Source: Reclinomonas americana ATCC 50394 (lineage: Eukaryota). From it: a DNA stretch of 63,412 nt. The stretch covers positions 1 to 63,412 of the forward strand of contig PS015015.1 of NCBI GenBank assembly GCA_048213135.1, in the 5' to 3' direction. Shown here piece after piece: positions 1 to 11,821 of this stretch. Below the pieces are notes generated by a model. The model was not told the DNA's origin, made no database searches, and worked only from the letters and a program-made list of their open reading frames with translations. Each line of letters opens with the position of its first letter. The first letter of the stretch is position 1. The translations under genes and the position numbers were made by a program.

Positions 1-320
1 AAGCCCGACATGGAAGAATGCCCAGCTTTTGACAAGGCAGAGGAGGAGGAAGACGATGACGATGGTGGTGGAGGTTGTGCGGCATAACCATACGATCGGT
101 GCTGTTGTTGTTGTGGAGGTTGTTGTTGGTGCTGCTGATGCGGTGGTGGTGGTTGTTGTTGTGTTGCGGGAGGCAGCTGATGATGCGGGTGATGATGATG
201 ATGATAGTATGGTGTGAACATGTAACCACTGTCCATCATGGCGGGCGCGGTGGCTACGGAGAGGCGCGCGGCGGTGGTGGTGGTGGCGGTGGGTGCGACC
301 GGGGCGACACCCGGTTCCAT
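1..320 (-). CDS. 5' part of a gene running off the left edge; His/Gln/Pro/Ser low-complexity N-terminus, unknown product
   Basis: ATG at 320 opens MEPGVAPVAPTATTTTAARLSVATAPAMMDSGYMFTPYYHHHHHPHHQLPP..., open to position 1. Confidence 0.55.
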   Translation of the reverse strand, partial: MEPGVAPVAPTATTTTAARLSVATAPAMMDSGYMFTPYYHHHHHPHHQLPPATQQQPPPPHQQHQQQPPQQQQHRSYGYAAQPPPPSSSSSSSSALSKAGHSSMSG

Positions 321-846
321 GCGCGCGAGAGTGCAGATAAGAGAAATCGATTTTCTTGGTTGGTTGCAATGGAGGATGGAGTGCAAATACCGGAATGATG
401 ACAACAACAACAAGCTGTCTTGATGACCAAGTTTACAACAACAACAACAACTTTACTAATCCAAACAGCAGCAGCTGCATGATGATCACCATCTTGAGTG
501 AGCACCAGAAACTCAGACATCACGTGAACACTGAGAGAAAAGACCATATCCAAAACATCAACACAAACACCAGTCTTGAGGCAGAAGCAGGTTCCTCGTG
601 TGCGTGTTCTGGCGATATCGATATCGATATCGATGGTCGCTGCGAGCCTGCCCGCGATCGAGCCCACAATCATCACCTTCGACTATCCCCCATGGCCATC
701 GCCCATCACCTATCACCCATCATTCTGCACTGGGTGGTCTCTCGCAAGATGCACTCTCTGTCAGATATCGCGATTTCCCGCCTTTTGAGACCGTTTGTAA
801 CGCACCGTTCCGCTGTATTAAGTCTTCCACAACTCAGATGCCATTA

Positions 847-2865
847 TTACGACAACAGCTGTGGAGCTCGGTCCAGCAGCTCCTCGATTTCGGCCTCGGA
901 GAAGGCCGAGCGCACGGCGGTCACTGTGTTGGCCCACGAGTCCGCATCGATTGGCTTGATGACGCGACGAATGTTGTGCAGGTACTGCTCGCGCTGCGGA
1001 GCATTCAGCGGCTCCAGTACGAACGTCAGCAGCTCGGTGGCCCACAATTCTCGATCCAGGTAGTAGATCTTTTCGAACGTCGGGCACGGCGCCGAGTCGC
1101 TGGGCGGCGTGAACAGCTTGCGCGCGGTCGGCATGAGGTTCGTCTCCTCCCACACAAAGTGGTCGAGCAAGTACGTCCGCACACCGGCGAATGACTCGCG
1201 CAGGCGCGTCGTCGACTCCTCACGCTCCGATGAGCCATCATGCACGGCCGCCATGGTGGCTGCCATGCGATTGAGTTCTGAGTCCGGCGCCTCCATCTCG
1301 TGGTGGTCGGTCGAGGCCTTGTCCGTCAGGTGCGGCGTGTCAGCATTCAGCAACGGGTACACGACGTCGTCCTCAAAGTGCCCGTGCAGGTGCAACAAGG
1401 TGATGAACTTGCGCCACACCTCCTGCGCCTCCTGCAGCACCGCGTTGTCGCTCAGCATCTCTGGCCGGTTGAGCATGTCGGTAAGGCGCTGCAGCCACGT
1501 GCGCATGGCCACGTGTTGCAAGAAGTTGGAGCTGAACGGCGGCTGGTACGGCACGTTGTTCTTGATCATGCGTCGCAGCTGCGCCTCGGTGATGCCGGCG
1601 GCCTCGTACAGTGGCTGCATGTGCTCGCGGGCCATGGCGGCGTACCGATGCACGTGTGTGAGCGTCGGCGGTACTGTGAGTGCGCGAACCCACGCGAGAA
1701 TGTGCAGGCGAGCGAGGGTCGGGATGAGCATGGCGTCGCAGAGAGTGAACGGGGCGCCAAAGGCAAACGGTCCCGCCGAGGTCGCCAGTCGGCCGTCCAG
1801 AGTGCGGAGGGCGGCTTGCAGCTTGGGAACCCACTCGGCCTAATTTGAGAGGAAGCAAAGGAGAGGAAGTGAGAAAAGAATGAAAACGAGAGAGAGAGAC
1901 ACATAATGGAGGCGAAGGCCGATCTCTCCCCGCCACGGCAGACAACTGAAGAATTCTCTCATCGATATTCTAACTTGGTGCGAGCCAAACATTCTCGACC
2001 TCTTCTACCACACCCTCTGCTCTCTTCTGTCTCGTGCTCTTCGCACCTGCATGCCGCTCGCCATCATTGTCCGACTGAACGCGGTGGTGAATTCGTTACC
2101 GACGAACTCGCAAAACTCCTCCAGCTCACCAGCCGGAATATCGGCCGGTCGCAGCGTCGGCTCCGGGTAAGTCCGTTCCAGCCACGCCAGCACGTCGGCA
2201 CTCTCGGTCAGCGTGCTGCCATCTCGCGTAATGACAAACGGCACAGTCTTGCCGGGATTCGCCGCCTGATACCACGCGGACTGTGACTCGTCGAGCGTGG
2301 CAACGTCGCGCCGGTCCACCTGCACGCCCTTGAAACGCGCCACCACCAGCACGCGGTACGAAAACATGCACGCCTTGGTGGTAAACATGATAAACGCAGT
2401 GCCCTCCACCGGCTCCGGAAGCGGGTGCAACACGACATTCCCCGCTGCCACTTGCTGAACCTGCTGCTGCGCAGCACCCTGCGCCTGAGAGGCCGTCGAC
2501 TGAGCATGTCCAGCAGCACTATGGGCCTGAGCCGAGGCCGACTGCACATGCTCTGCAGCTGCGTTGGCCGGCGCCGAAGCTGCATCCTGCACTTGCAATT
2601 GCTTTGCTGCGTCATTCGCATGCGACTGAGCGCGCTCAACTGCCGAATTCGCCTGAGCAGAGGCCGACTGCTGTGCACTGACTGCTGCGACGTTGGCTTG
2701 TTCGTGCGCCTCTTGCGCCACTTTCTCTGCAGCACCGCGTGCGTCGGTGACGACTGCGAGTGTGCGCGCATTCGTCATCAGCATGTGCGAGAATCAACAA
2801 CGTGCTTGGCGTGTGCGCGTTTCGTCCTCACCAGATGCGGCTTCCTTGGAGTGCAGACAGCCCAT
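847..2865 (-). CDS. N-acylated Cys-type glutathione S-transferase fused to a hemerythrin-like (HHE) domain, ~577 aa, 3 exons (2865-2832, 2753-2047, 1839-847)
   Basis: MGCLHSK start; GST-N motifs ACMFSYRV, NPGKTVP, LTESADVLAWLERTYP; GST-C LDGRLATSAGPFAFGAPFTLCDAMLIPTLARL; hemerythrin-like H..HGHFEDDVVYP..DHHE..DHFVWEE; both GT-AG introns keep the frame. Confidence 0.85.
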
Positions 2866-3340
2866 GGCTCCTCTTCAACGCGCACGATTACACACGGAAC
2901 AAGCGCTGCGATGGAGGACGCAGCGATGCGGTTTCATTAACTTCGTAAATTCGCACATGCGCTTTTTTTTTTCTTGCACGTGCACATCGGCGGGTCGTCC
3001 GGCTCTTCCTTCTCCACAAAACATCCACTCGACAGCGAACACCAGCAGCGCCCTCATGTCGTTTTCCAATTGCAATTCGCCGCAAATGAGATTCTTTTGT
3101 CCTCCGGCTGTCGAATTTTTTCACGCGAGAGAGAGAGAAAAAACCTCCACCAACACGAACCCGGCGCCTTTCCACCATAGATTAAAAGGTGCGCCCATCA
3201 TCCACCAGAGACGGAGAGAGTGTGGAGAAGAGAAGAGAGAGAGAGAGAGTGGTGGCGTTTGGATTGGTGGAAGTTGACGTTGTGATTGTGCGCGCGCGCG
3301 CTGTCACAGGAAGCAGAGTAGATCACCGTAGAAAAGCAAG

Positions 3341-5447
3341 ATGGGAAACTCGTCATCATCATCATCATCATCGTCGTCGGCGGCGCCCACGCTGTCGGCC
3401 TCCTCCTCGGCCTCGTCACACTCGTGGGCCTCACAGCAGCACCACCACAATCATCAGTCGTCGGCGCCTCCACAGCGCGCTCTCCGCCCGACGGCCGAGC
3501 ACGAGGCGTACCTGTTGCCAGCAGGCACTCGCTTTGTTGCGTAAAAAAACACGGGGCGCGAGGGGAGGGGGGAAAGATCAGTTGCTTCGAACAGAGGGTG
3601 ATGATGGTGTGGTCGGTTTCTCATATTTACCCGCCATCGCCCCTCAAATCCGCTCATTGTTGAGCTTTCTGCGGGGGTCTCATGGCACTGTTCCGGCACT
3701 CACGCACATGCATGCGTGCACGCAGATGAAGCTGGCGGTGACGGGCGGGCGAGGTTTGTGTATTTCTGCACTTTTTTGTGGCATGTGGCGAGAGATTGGG
3801 TGTTTTTTGGTCCCGCTCTCTCTCTCTCTCTCTGACTGGTGCACTGCCCTGCGTGTTGCAGCGGGAAATTCGGAGGAGCTACTGCGTGTGTTCCTGGACC
3901 CGCATGCTTCGTCGCGCTCCGAGAACAGGTGAGCTGCCTCTGCTGCTGATCTTTCATTCACGATTCGTTGCTCATCTGCTCTCTGCAGTGATCTGGACTT
4001 TGCGGTGAGCCTTCCTGAGAAGACGGCTGCATATGCTGCTGCTGCGCGCTGCTGTTGCTGTATGTATGCTCATCCCCGCCATGTATGCTATGTGCGCAGC
4101 TGCAAACAGTTCATGTGTCGGGCCACTCTTGCCGACTGCAACGTTACGCACGCCCCTGTTCTCCCGTTCTCATCCACCCACCCACTCACTCACGCACTCC
4201 CTTGTCCTTCCACAATGCAGTGTGGCAGGCGCATGCAGAGGTACCCCACTCTTTCCCCCACAAAAAACTCAAGCTTGCAGGCGCCCTGACTTGTCCGTCC
4301 CATTGCATTGCAGCACTCGTCGGGCTTCCTGCGAAGCTACTTCCGTGACGCCGTCGGCGTGATGCTCGTCTACTCGGCGTCGGATCGGGAATCTTTTGAG
4401 AGTTGCGCGCGCACTTGTGCCCCCCCCCCCCTGCGCCATCGCTGTGCTAATTCTCTTTGCGGGATGCAGTACTTGAGCTGGCTCTGGCCGCGGCGCGGCG
4501 ACAGGCGTCGCCCGATGCCATCTACATGGTGGTGGCTCACCACTGCTCGGCCGTGGACGACGAGGTGAGGGCATGCATGGTGTCGGTCATTTGGCGAGTA
4601 GCAGAGAATCAATTTTTGAAGACAACTTATTTCGTGTTGGTGTGCGTGTTTGTGCAGTGCGTGGCTGACGAGGAGGGACGGTCGTTTGCGGAACTCCGTT
4701 CGCTTCTGTTCACCTCGGTCAACTCGCGGACTCTTGTGGGAGTGGAGCACGCGTTTTTCTGGCTCACACGAATGGCGCTCGTCGCGGCGGGAGAGACGCT
4801 GACGGACGATCCCGACATGCGCATCGATCATCGCCAGCCGTCGGCTGCCGCATCGGTGGCCGCTGCCGCTGCCGCTGCAGCGTCGGCCGCAGCCGTGCCA
4901 CCAATGATGCCGGCGTTCGGCCAGACGGCGCGCTCGCCGATGGAATCGTCGACGCGAGGCTCCAGCTCCAGCCGCTCGGCAGCGTACGAACACGTGGTGC
5001 GACCGACACCAAACTGCGATTTCGGGGAGGACAGCGACGAGCTGCTGACGAATGCGCCGGCAGAGATGGTGTGTCCACTGACGCACCAATTGATGCGCGA
5101 TCCGGTGCGTTTCTCGTGCGAGCGATCGTGTCGATACGAGGTTCTGACTCTGCCGAGATTCTCTTGTCATTTTGACGATGCAGGTGGTGCTGGTGACGGG
5201 TCACGTGTTCGAGAGGAGTGCGATCGAGGCCTGGTTCAACAAGTGCTCTCGGTGCCGCAGACCTGTCACCGATCCGCTGACGGGCCAGGAGGTGGCGACC
5301 ACCCTCATCCCCGTGCACAGCATGCGGTCCCTCATCCAGTCGTTCCGAAATCGCTCACTCGACACAATGCTGCTGTCGTCGTCGGCTGCGTCCACTCCGC
5401 GCCCGTCAAGCTCCGCCAGCACAATGACGCTCGAGGCTGTAGAATAG
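3341..5447 (+). CDS. Myristoylated protein with degenerate Rab-like small GTPase domain and C-terminal U-box (E3 ubiquitin ligase)
   Basis: MGNSSS start; spliced MKLAVTGGRAGNS..., RLQLWQAHAE, SYFRDAVGVMLVYSASDRESFE; U-box EMVCPLTHQLMRDPVVLVTGHVFERSAIEAWF...DPLTGQ...LIPVHSMRSLIQSF. Confidence 0.8.
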
Positions 5448-5792
5448 CGAGCGACAACCATGGTCTGTCTCTGTATGTACTATGCTGTGAAAATCTGTGT
5501 GTTTTTCCCCCCTCTTCCGAGCCGTATGTGAAATATCTGTGAATGTGTGTGTGTGTCTGCTATGTTTGCTGAGTGGTGTTTTTAAGAGACTGAGAAAAAG
5601 TGTAGAGCACCTGTGTATCTGTACCTGTTTGTGGGGAGTGCAAGTAAAACGGTTGCCAGCACCCACTGTTACGACAACGCGCCACCTCTTTTACACTATT
5701 GCACTAAAGAAGAAAAAAAGGATGACCACGCCACCAGCTGTACCAATTACACGAAACACAACTCAACTCTCTCACTCTCCCTTACCCCTCTT

Positions 5793-6958
5793 CTAGACCA
5801 ACATGGTTGGCGATGTATGCATGAAAAATTCGACCACCTTCCACTCTGGCACCGCCAGGAACTCTGTGTCGTCGTCGATCACCTGCTGCAGTGCCATCAT
5901 GTATGTGTTGGTGCGGAGATCATTCTGCGCGGCGGCAGTCAGCTACGCGTCCTTGCACAGCAAGCATCACACACACGCATGCACCTCATGACCCTCCACA
6001 ATCTTGCCAGTGCTGTCGCGGAAGCAGTGCACTTGCTGCACCTGGAACGACACCACAATCACCGGCTTGTCCTCCACAAACTTGGCAGCCATCATCTACG
6101 CGCGGTGTGGTGAGCACACGCCCACAGGGAGAGAGAAGTGGCGACATGCACTCACCGTCAGATCGCCAACGTCCAGTATTCTGGGGTCGGGTCGCACGCC
6201 CTGCACCTCGAGTTGCTTGAGGTACGTGAGGATCGTTTGTCTGGCCTGCAAGTATCACGAGCTTCAGCACCACCACTATTGCACACACTCGCTCCCCTCC
6301 ACACACACACACGCNNNNNNNNNNNNNNNNNNNNNNNNNNNNNNNNNNNNNNNNNNNNNNNNNNNNNNNNNNNNNNNNNNNNNNNNNNNNNNNNNNNNNN
6401 NNNNNNNNNNNNNNNNNNNNNNNNNNNNNNNNNNNNNNNNNNNNNNNNNNNNNNNNNNNNNNNNNNNNNNNNNNNNNNNNNNNNNNNNNNNNNNNNNNNN
6501 NNNNNNNNNNNNNNNNNNNNNNNNNNNNNNNNNNNNNNNNNNNNNNNNNNNNNNNNNNNNNNNNNNNNNNNNNNNNNNNNNNNNNNNNNNNNNNNNNNNN
6601 NNNNNNNNNNNNNNNNNNNNNNNNNNNNNNNNNNNNNNNNNNNNNNNNNNNNNNNNNNNNNNNNNNNNNNNNNNNNNNNNNNNNNNNNNNNNNNNNNNNN
6701 NNNNNNNNNNNNNNNNNNNNNNNNNNNNNNNNNNNNNNNNNNNNNNNNNGCCTGCTGCGCACCCTTCTCCTTTTGCCACTCCTTCTTCAGGCGATCCATA
6801 ATGTCGCCAAACACACTGCCACCTGCGCCCTTTTGCTCCGCAAAGAGACGCACAGAGGAGCGACCGCCGAGCACTGACCACACAGCTGTTGTTGTTGCTG
6901 TCGTTGGTGGCGACGACTGCACGATCGTCGTGCATCGGCGCACCAGTGAAGACAACAT
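5793..6958 (-). CDS. TIM44: Mitochondrial inner membrane translocase subunit Tim44 (middle lost in gap 6315-6749)
   Basis: Presequence-like MLSSLVRRC...RSSVRLF; C-terminal exons give DPRILDVGDL, PVIVVSFQVQQVHCFRDSTGKIVEGHENDLR, EWKVVEF. Confidence 0.85.
6315..6749. other. Assembly gap (others: 11246-11698, 16836-17471, 29208-29518, 34114-34538, 44127-44181, 46385-46404, 49572-49591, 53828-53847)
   Basis: N runs; several appear too short for the missing coding sequence (Tim44 middle; starts of both the helicase and FAD synthase). Confidence 0.99.
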
Positions 6959-7383
6959 GCTTGTCTGTCATGTGTGTATGTGCAGGCATCGCAGTGAGCA
7001 GGAGGGGGAGAGAGGGAGTGTGTGCTTGGTGCACATGCACATGGCGGAACTGCAGCTTCCGAGGAACACGCAGACACGCAGACACGCAGACACAGGCACT
7101 CATATGCAAGTGCATGTCGAAGCACACAGTCACGAACAAGCAGCAGTGAGGGTGGAGATGGCGAGAGTGTGCGTGTGTGTGTGTCTGAGCAAGCACGTGG
7201 CAGCCACACATCCTCGGATGAATCCAGCAAAGGAGGAGAAGAAGGAGAAGAGAGGGAGAAGAGAGGGAGAGCACACTCCTGGTGACGCAGACGCAACTGC
7301 CACGACGCACAAACGCGCAAGACGACGAGTGGATTACGACAGGACTTCGACGTCACACCTCACTTCACTTCGCCTCACTGCAC

Positions 7384-8269
7384 TCACTCGTTGACCAGCA
7401 TCGGTGCAGCCACTCGATCTCGCGTCTCCCGATCATACAACTGCTCGACCAGTGCCAAGGCATACTCGATTGCCGTTCCCGGCGCTCGGCTGGTGGTGAG
7501 CAGTCCATCGACCACCACTCGTGCATCCTTGCGCATGTGCCACATGAGCACAAAGTGAGACCAAAAGCTTGCACGCGAGGAGAAGCTTTCCCAGGCACGC
7601 AACTGGATTCTCCGGCGCCTTGCCGGGTCGGAAGTCGGCGGCAAACGACGGGTGACAAGTGGCCGCCCGCTCGCCAATGAGTCCGTGCGTCTGCAGTACA
7701 GTGTACGGGCTGGCGCACATGGCCGCGTACAGCTTCCCGCTCTCCATCTGCGCTCGCAGCAGCTCAATGAGCAGCGCGCAGTCGCGCATGTTGTCGGCGC
7801 CCTTGAGACCGCCCGGCAGCGCAATCAGATCGTACGATTCTCCGACACAGTCGCTCAGCAGCGCATCGGCCACCAGCACAACACCTTAACATAGTATACG
7901 TGTGAGGATGAGAGCGACAATGAACACTGGGAGTGTGCGCGACGGACCACGCGAGGCAGTAATCTGTGTGTGCGTCGGTGAGTGCGTGTGTGAGAGACAT
8001 GCAGGCTAGCAGTGGGGCAAGACACGCAACTGTGGGTGTGTCGTGCACCGAGGCCACAGTGACCGTGGCACCAGCGCGTCGCAGCACGTCGATGATCGCC
8101 ACAGTCTCCATCTCTGCATGCATGCAGAGAATGAAAACACACAAGCACACACGCGCACGAGTGTCTCTCTCTGTGGCATACCCTCGGATCCATTGGCAAT
8201 GGGCACAAGTACCCGCTTCGGTGCGGCAGCAGCACTCGCCATGGTGGCCACAATCGCGCGTTTGAGCAT
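7384..8269 (-). CDS. DJ-1: DJ-1/PfpI family protein (YajL/PARK7-like), 5 exons; second ATG at 8242
   Basis: KRVLVPIANGSEEMETVAIIDVLRRAG, ITASRGVVLVAD, YDLIALPGGLKGA, AAMCASP (catalytic Cys), TTSRAPGTAIEYALALVEQL. Confidence 0.93.
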
Positions 8270-8310
8270 CGTTTTGCCCTGCTTGCGTCCTGGTCTGTGC
8301 GAGTTGTCTT

Positions 8311-11130
8311 ATGTGGCTGCTGGGCCGACTGGCGGCCTCCTCCTGTCGACTGCCTGCACCCCCACTGCAGCATCGATGCTTCTCCTTGTCACTGGCGATG
8401 CGGACGATGGCGACGCGCGCTCGTGTCGCAGTTGCGATCGTGCATTGTGAGAGAGACAGAGAGACAGAGAAGAGTGGCATGCTCAGTTGTTGGTGTTCGT
8501 GCAGCCGGTGAACGATGACTATGACGAGGAGGACGATCACGGTGATGGCGATGGCGATGACGACGAGGATGGAGAGTTCTTGGATGATGACGATCTGGAG
8601 GTTGACGATTTTGATGAGGAGGAGGGCAAGCTCGGCAAGGGAGTGGATGCAGGTGTGGCCGGTGGCAAGCCGAGTGCTGCTGCTGGTGTTGCTGGTGCTG
8701 CTGGTGTTGATGGGGACGGTGATGGTGCTGCTGGTGTGGAGGGTGGTGGCGATGATGGCGGAGCTGGTGGCGACGCTGCGGAGTCGGCTGCCGACGCGAC
8801 CAAGAGCGACGAAAGCATCTGGGAGTACTACAAGAAGCTGGTACGTGTTGCGCAGCTCGGTTGGAGTCGGCGAGACTGTTGCTTACCAGGCGCGTGCAGA
8901 CGAGAGATGTGCAACGTGAGGAGGGCGAGTTGGTGCAAATCCCGTGGCCGCCACCGCCGCTGGAGCCGAACGAGTTTGAGGAGATGAGAGACCTGCATCA
9001 GCGAATGCCGGATGTGTTTACCACAGAGCGCCTGGCCAGTTTCGCCACACGCCGTTGTCAAAACTGCCTCTGTTGTCTTTGCTCTCACGCACACCCACCA
9101 GGTATCTACATGACCAAGGAGGAGCGCGTGGTGGAGATCCTATCGTGGACCAACGATGAGGTCGCGTGCTGCACTCCCACACACGAGCCTCCTTGTCGCC
9201 TCGCCACTGACCAAATCTCCGCAGATGGACCAGTTGCAAGCCGACTACCATCAGGCACATGCACAGGAGGAAGAGGAGCAACGGTTCGAGCAAATCAAGG
9301 AGCGATACATGGAGGCCGCTGCCGCCGTGGAAAACACGTGGGAGGTATGGGCGTGCACAGAGCACAGCGCGAGTGTGTCCATCGATGATGGCTGACGGGG
9401 TGCACGACAGGTGGCGTCGAGTCACTACACGGAGGCGGAACGACTGTACACCATGGGTGTTCTCGACGACGACGGCTTCCTCAAGCCGCTACCGTCGCTG
9501 CCGGGTATGGTGTCACTATCGGGTTTTCCTTGCAGGGGTTTCTGTCTCATGGTCCCACTGCAAGCGCAGAGGGTCACAAGGCGCGCCTGCTCGATTACCC
9601 CTCGTATGGTGTGCCGCGCGAGGTACTGCGCTGGTACGTGAGACCGCACGACGAAGACATTGAGGAGCTGATGCCCGACTGGTGGGAGTCGATGGACGAC
9701 CTTGGTTACGTGGTGCCGATGATGGACGAGTTCGCATTTTTGTCTCGTCGTTCTCACCAGGCGGTGCAGACGAGGCCGCTCAAGAGGAGCACAATCGCGT
9801 GTTTCCACCCGAGCGGTTCGAACATGACGACTGGCAGTGGCCACGAGCGGCACTCATTGCTCGCTCCCGCTGGTTGCGTGCGAAAAAAGAGGGAGCGGTG
9901 CGTTTGTGCCAGTGAACAAGTCTGCTATGTTGGAAATGGTAGCTCACACGCTTCACGTCACAGTCGGCAGCCGAGCTCGAGAAGATCGCCTCCGACGACG
10001 CCATCCGACAGCTGGCCGAGGCCATGGACGATGATTCGACGCGCACGTCGAGTGTCGAGCTGTTCCGCGAGCCGCCGGTGGAGGAGCGACCGTGGCTCGA
10101 CTCGAATGTTCCCAAGTGGCGTGACGATCCCACCGCCTCCACTGCCTCGTCGGCGTCGTCGTGGCGCGGCGGCCCCACCACCACTACCGCCACTGGTGCA
10201 CAGTCGGCAACGGCGGCTCCGGAGGGCGGCAGCATCGAGAGCCTGACGCTCGGTCAGATTTTGCAAATGCCGCTGAAACACGAAACCGACGGTCTGCCTG
10301 TATTTTGTCGCGCGTACTGCTTCCGGTGCACCTCACTCATCGTGTGTGTGTGCAGAGGATCGCGAACATCGACTGCTGTGCGAATATCTGCAGCAGCATC
10401 TGGGACGCTCGCCCGCCGAAGCACACTCGCAGTACACCAGTGAGGAAGGATCACTGTTCTCTGGTTTGTGTGCACGAGCTGGGTTGCTGCTGCTGCTGCT
10501 GCTGTGGCTAACACACGGCACGCAGAGTACAACTTCATCTCGCCGCAGCAAGTGAAGGAGGACGGTGCTGCCGCCGACGACAACGACAAGACCGACTTGT
10601 CGTATGTGCTGCAACAGATTCAGCGGCGCAAAGAGGCTCGCGACGATCCCACGCGCAGCGCGCTGACTGCAGAGGAGGACGACTGGTTCGTGTCGCCGGC
10701 CACGGGCCGTCGCATCCCCAAAACCGCACTCGTGCGCCTCGGCGAAGAGGCTCTCGACGAGGCCATTGCCGAACTGGTACGCATTACCGCACACACACAA
10801 GTCGCCGTCCTTTTGGCTCACCACAGTGCGCACCCGCAGGATGAGGCACTGGAGGAGCTCAAGAGCGTTCCACCCGAGAGGCTGCAAGCCGCGACAGCGG
10901 ACGACGAAGGCGCTGACGAACAGGTCGAATCATCCAGCAAGTCGCCGCCCTCCACCGCATCCTCAGCAACGACAGAAACAACAACAACAGCAACATCAGC
11001 GCCACCTTCCCGCACTGCAGCAGACAGCGAGGCACTGGATCGCGACACAGATCGCCTGTGGAACGAGGCCATACGACGACTCACCGACACCGACAGTGAA
11101 TCATCAGCATCATCATCAAGGCGGCGATGA
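8311..11130 (+). CDS. Acidic multi-exon protein of unknown function with predicted mitochondrial presequence
   Basis: MWLLGRLAASSCRL...RCFSLSLAMRTMATRAR (Arg-rich, no acidic residues), then a chain of frame-preserving GT-AG introns to the stop at 11130. Confidence 0.65.
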
Positions 11131-11704
11131 CAATGAACGAAAGGATAAAGCTCTACATAACAATGACCGCACCCATACACAGGAGGAGAGACAGTATATC
11201 ACAACGCCAGCTGTGCACATGCACTGGTCTGTGGAAGACAAGCAANNNNNNNNNNNNNNNNNNNNNNNNNNNNNNNNNNNNNNNNNNNNNNNNNNNNNNN
11301 NNNNNNNNNNNNNNNNNNNNNNNNNNNNNNNNNNNNNNNNNNNNNNNNNNNNNNNNNNNNNNNNNNNNNNNNNNNNNNNNNNNNNNNNNNNNNNNNNNNN
11401 NNNNNNNNNNNNNNNNNNNNNNNNNNNNNNNNNNNNNNNNNNNNNNNNNNNNNNNNNNNNNNNNNNNNNNNNNNNNNNNNNNNNNNNNNNNNNNNNNNNN
11501 NNNNNNNNNNNNNNNNNNNNNNNNNNNNNNNNNNNNNNNNNNNNNNNNNNNNNNNNNNNNNNNNNNNNNNNNNNNNNNNNNNNNNNNNNNNNNNNNNNNN
11601 NNNNNNNNNNNNNNNNNNNNNNNNNNNNNNNNNNNNNNNNNNNNNNNNNNNNNNNNNNNNNNNNNNNNNNNNNNNNNNNNNNNNNNNNNNNNNNNNNNCT
11701 CGGC

Positions 11705-11821
11705 TCATCCCTGTCGCTGCTTGTGCTTGGGATCCTTCGGGCAGATGATGAAGACGCGTGCCTGGCGCTTGACCACGCGGCACATGTCGCAGATACGCTT
11801 CACACTCGCTCGCACCTTCAT
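11705..11821 (-). CDS. rpl36: Bacterial-type (organellar, presumably mitochondrial) ribosomal protein bL36, 38 aa, Zn-ribbon form
   Basis: [38 protein letters not shown]; probable 5'-UTR intron 11963-11824. Confidence 0.95.
   Translation of the reverse strand: MKVRASVKRICDMCRVVKRQARVFIICPKDPKHKQRQG

Noticed and set aside
1109-1848. Long antisense or alternative-frame ORFs (also 31088-31912, 38217-38993 and many others)
   Set aside because: Shadows of GC-rich coding sequence on the other strand, with no recognisable motifs.
7603-8030. Reading GTTGCG donors as non-canonical G|TTGCG introns
   Set aside because: This would need non-AG acceptors at every site; GT-AG boundaries already restore conserved residues (e.g. 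MMADHC EN|F).
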